From: Candidatus Latescibacterota bacterium
GTDB lineage: Bacteria > Latescibacterota > UBA2968 > GCA-2709665
Assembly (NCBI GenBank): GCA_965203805.1
Contig: OZ241917.1
Span: 1,984,001-2,048,000, forward strand
Direction: 5' to 3'
DNA: 64,000 nt
A program made the position numbers and the translations under genes. Of this stretch, positions 62,816-64,000 are shown piece after piece; the stretch's first letter is position 1, and every line of letters starts with the position of its first letter. The notes beneath the pieces were generated by a model that did not search any database, was not told the origin of the DNA, and saw only the letters and a program-made list of their open reading frames with translations.

Positions 62816-63014
62816 ACCGGCTGCCGCATCGGGCAGTGGCGCGGAATGCGGATTCCCGTCAGCATCGAGTTGACAAACAGGATTTCCCTGTTTACCTGCA
62901 ATACATCTTTACATAGGGGCGTCTCGGTAGATGTCATCCATCTGAAACGGTGCCGCGCCATATGCGGCGGCGGCGGCCGGTTGCCCGGATTGACGACAGC
63001 CCTCAGGAATATTC

Positions 63015-63863
63015 ATGGATACCGACCTGGCAACGTATCTGTTTGACCTTCGAGGTTATCTGCATCTTGAGAACGCGCTCTCCGGCGATGAAGTCGTGGA
63101 AATCAACGCCTGCCTGGACGAGATTCCGCCGCTCAGGCCGGGGGAGTGGTTCGGCAACGTCCACGCCCACACCTACGGAGACGACACGTCCGGCCTGAAT
63201 CTGCAACAAATCTATGAAGCCGGGGAGCCCTTTGAGAACCTGATCGACCATCCTGCGTGGTTCGAACTGGTCAAGCGCTTCGTGGGAGGCGAGGGCAGCT
63301 TCGACCACCACCACGGCCCCCTGTTCATCGACGAGAATTTCGCGAATTTTCGCGAACCCGGCGAAGCCATCGGGCTGCACTCCGGCGGGTACCCGCCCAT
63401 ATTGCGCAATCAGTTTCGCTACCACGGCGGACGCTTCATGTGCGGGCAGATCAACATCCTGGTCGCGCTTACCGACGTCGGGCCCGGCGACGGCGGCACC
63501 ATGGTCATCCCGGGGAGCCACAAGTCCAACTTCAAACACCCCCACTTCGACAGACACAGGATGTCCAGAAACGCCACGGTCGAAGGCATCAAGGGCGCCG
63601 TCGAAATTCAGATGAATGCAGGGGACGCGCTGTTGTTTGTGGACGGCATCTCGCATGGTTCCGCCCGGCGTTCCAACCCGGGTACGCGGCGCGTGGTCGT
63701 CTACCGTTACGGACCTTCATGGGGAAACTTCCGACACGGCTATCAACCGTCCCCGGAACTCCTGCGGAGGCTCACGCCGGAGCGGCGGCGAATCGTGCAG
63801 CCGCAGCGCCTCATCCCTCGAGGATCGCCGGAAAAAGCCGATTCAACGTCAGGGTCAGAGTAG
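63015..63863 (+). CDS. PhyH-like Fe(II)/2-oxoglutarate enzyme (HSG motif)
   Basis: FDLRGYL, LHSGG, GGTMVIPGSHKSN, AGDALLF....SHGS, RR. Confidence 0.88.
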   Translation: MDTDLATYLFDLRGYLHLENALSGDEVVEINACLDEIPPLRPGEWFGNVHAHTYGDDTSGLNLQQIYEAGEPFENLIDHPAWFELVKRFVGGEGSFDHHHGPLFIDENFANFREPGEAIGLHSGGYPPILRNQFRYHGGRFMCGQINILVALTDVGPGDGGTMVIPGSHKSNFKHPHFDRHRMSRNATVEGIKGAVEIQMNAGDALLFVDGISHGSARRSNPGTRRVVVYRYGPSWGNFRHGYQPSPELLRRLTPERRRIVQPQRLIPRGSPEKADSTSGSE

Positions 63864-63910
63864 GATCGACGCACTCACTTTAATCCCATACAAAGACCGA
63901 GGAGGCTCAC

Positions 63911-64000
63911 ATGGCTAACTCTCAGGACATGCTGGAAGCATTGAAGAACTTCGACACCCCGTCAATCACGAACGTCGTGGCCACGTATCCCGGAAACCCG
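63911..64000 (+). CDS. Partial CDS, possibly RraA/HMG-aldolase family
   Basis: GGAGG RBS; MANSQDMLEALKNFDTPSITNVVATYPGNP; L..FDTP...N resembles RraA-family N-termini. Confidence 0.5.
   Translation, partial: MANSQDMLEALKNFDTPSITNVVATYPGNP

Noticed and set aside
62870-62897. TTGACA overlapping an AAACAGG/CCTGTTT palindrome as promoter-operator
   Set aside because: No convincing -10 at a suitable spacing and no second copy of the palindrome was seen

Overview
GC-rich, gene-dense bacterial window. The GWxTD/TPR protein, peptidase-propeller-Omp85 fusion, multiple PhyH paralogues and repeated lipoprotein module suggest an FCB-group lineage such as Latescibacterota or Gemmatimonadota; this is inference only. 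About 50 CDSs are annotated, including a short archaeal-type purA, hydantoinase A/B, ilvB, an ECF sigma/anti-sigma locus with three Spy/CpxP-like genes, archaeal-type valS and aspS, a partner-switching cluster, an ATP-grasp/amt/alpha-E/transglutaminase operon, TPP riboswitch-thiC and a PhyH-rich cluster. The main finding is three leader-peptide attenuators that the ORF track misses, each with a terminator and a competing antiterminator. A Val/Asn-rich leader precedes valS, an Asn/Asp-rich leader precedes the non-discriminating-type aspS, and a Val/Leu/Ile-rich leader precedes ilvB. Other leads are three PhyH-like enzymes with halogenase-type HxA/HxG motifs, a shared N-terminal lipoprotein domain in three genes, a two-copy ~137-bp intergenic element and a candidate hairpin sRNA with an anti-Shine-Dalgarno-like loop. 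All pairings and counts were done by eye; no database searches were run.
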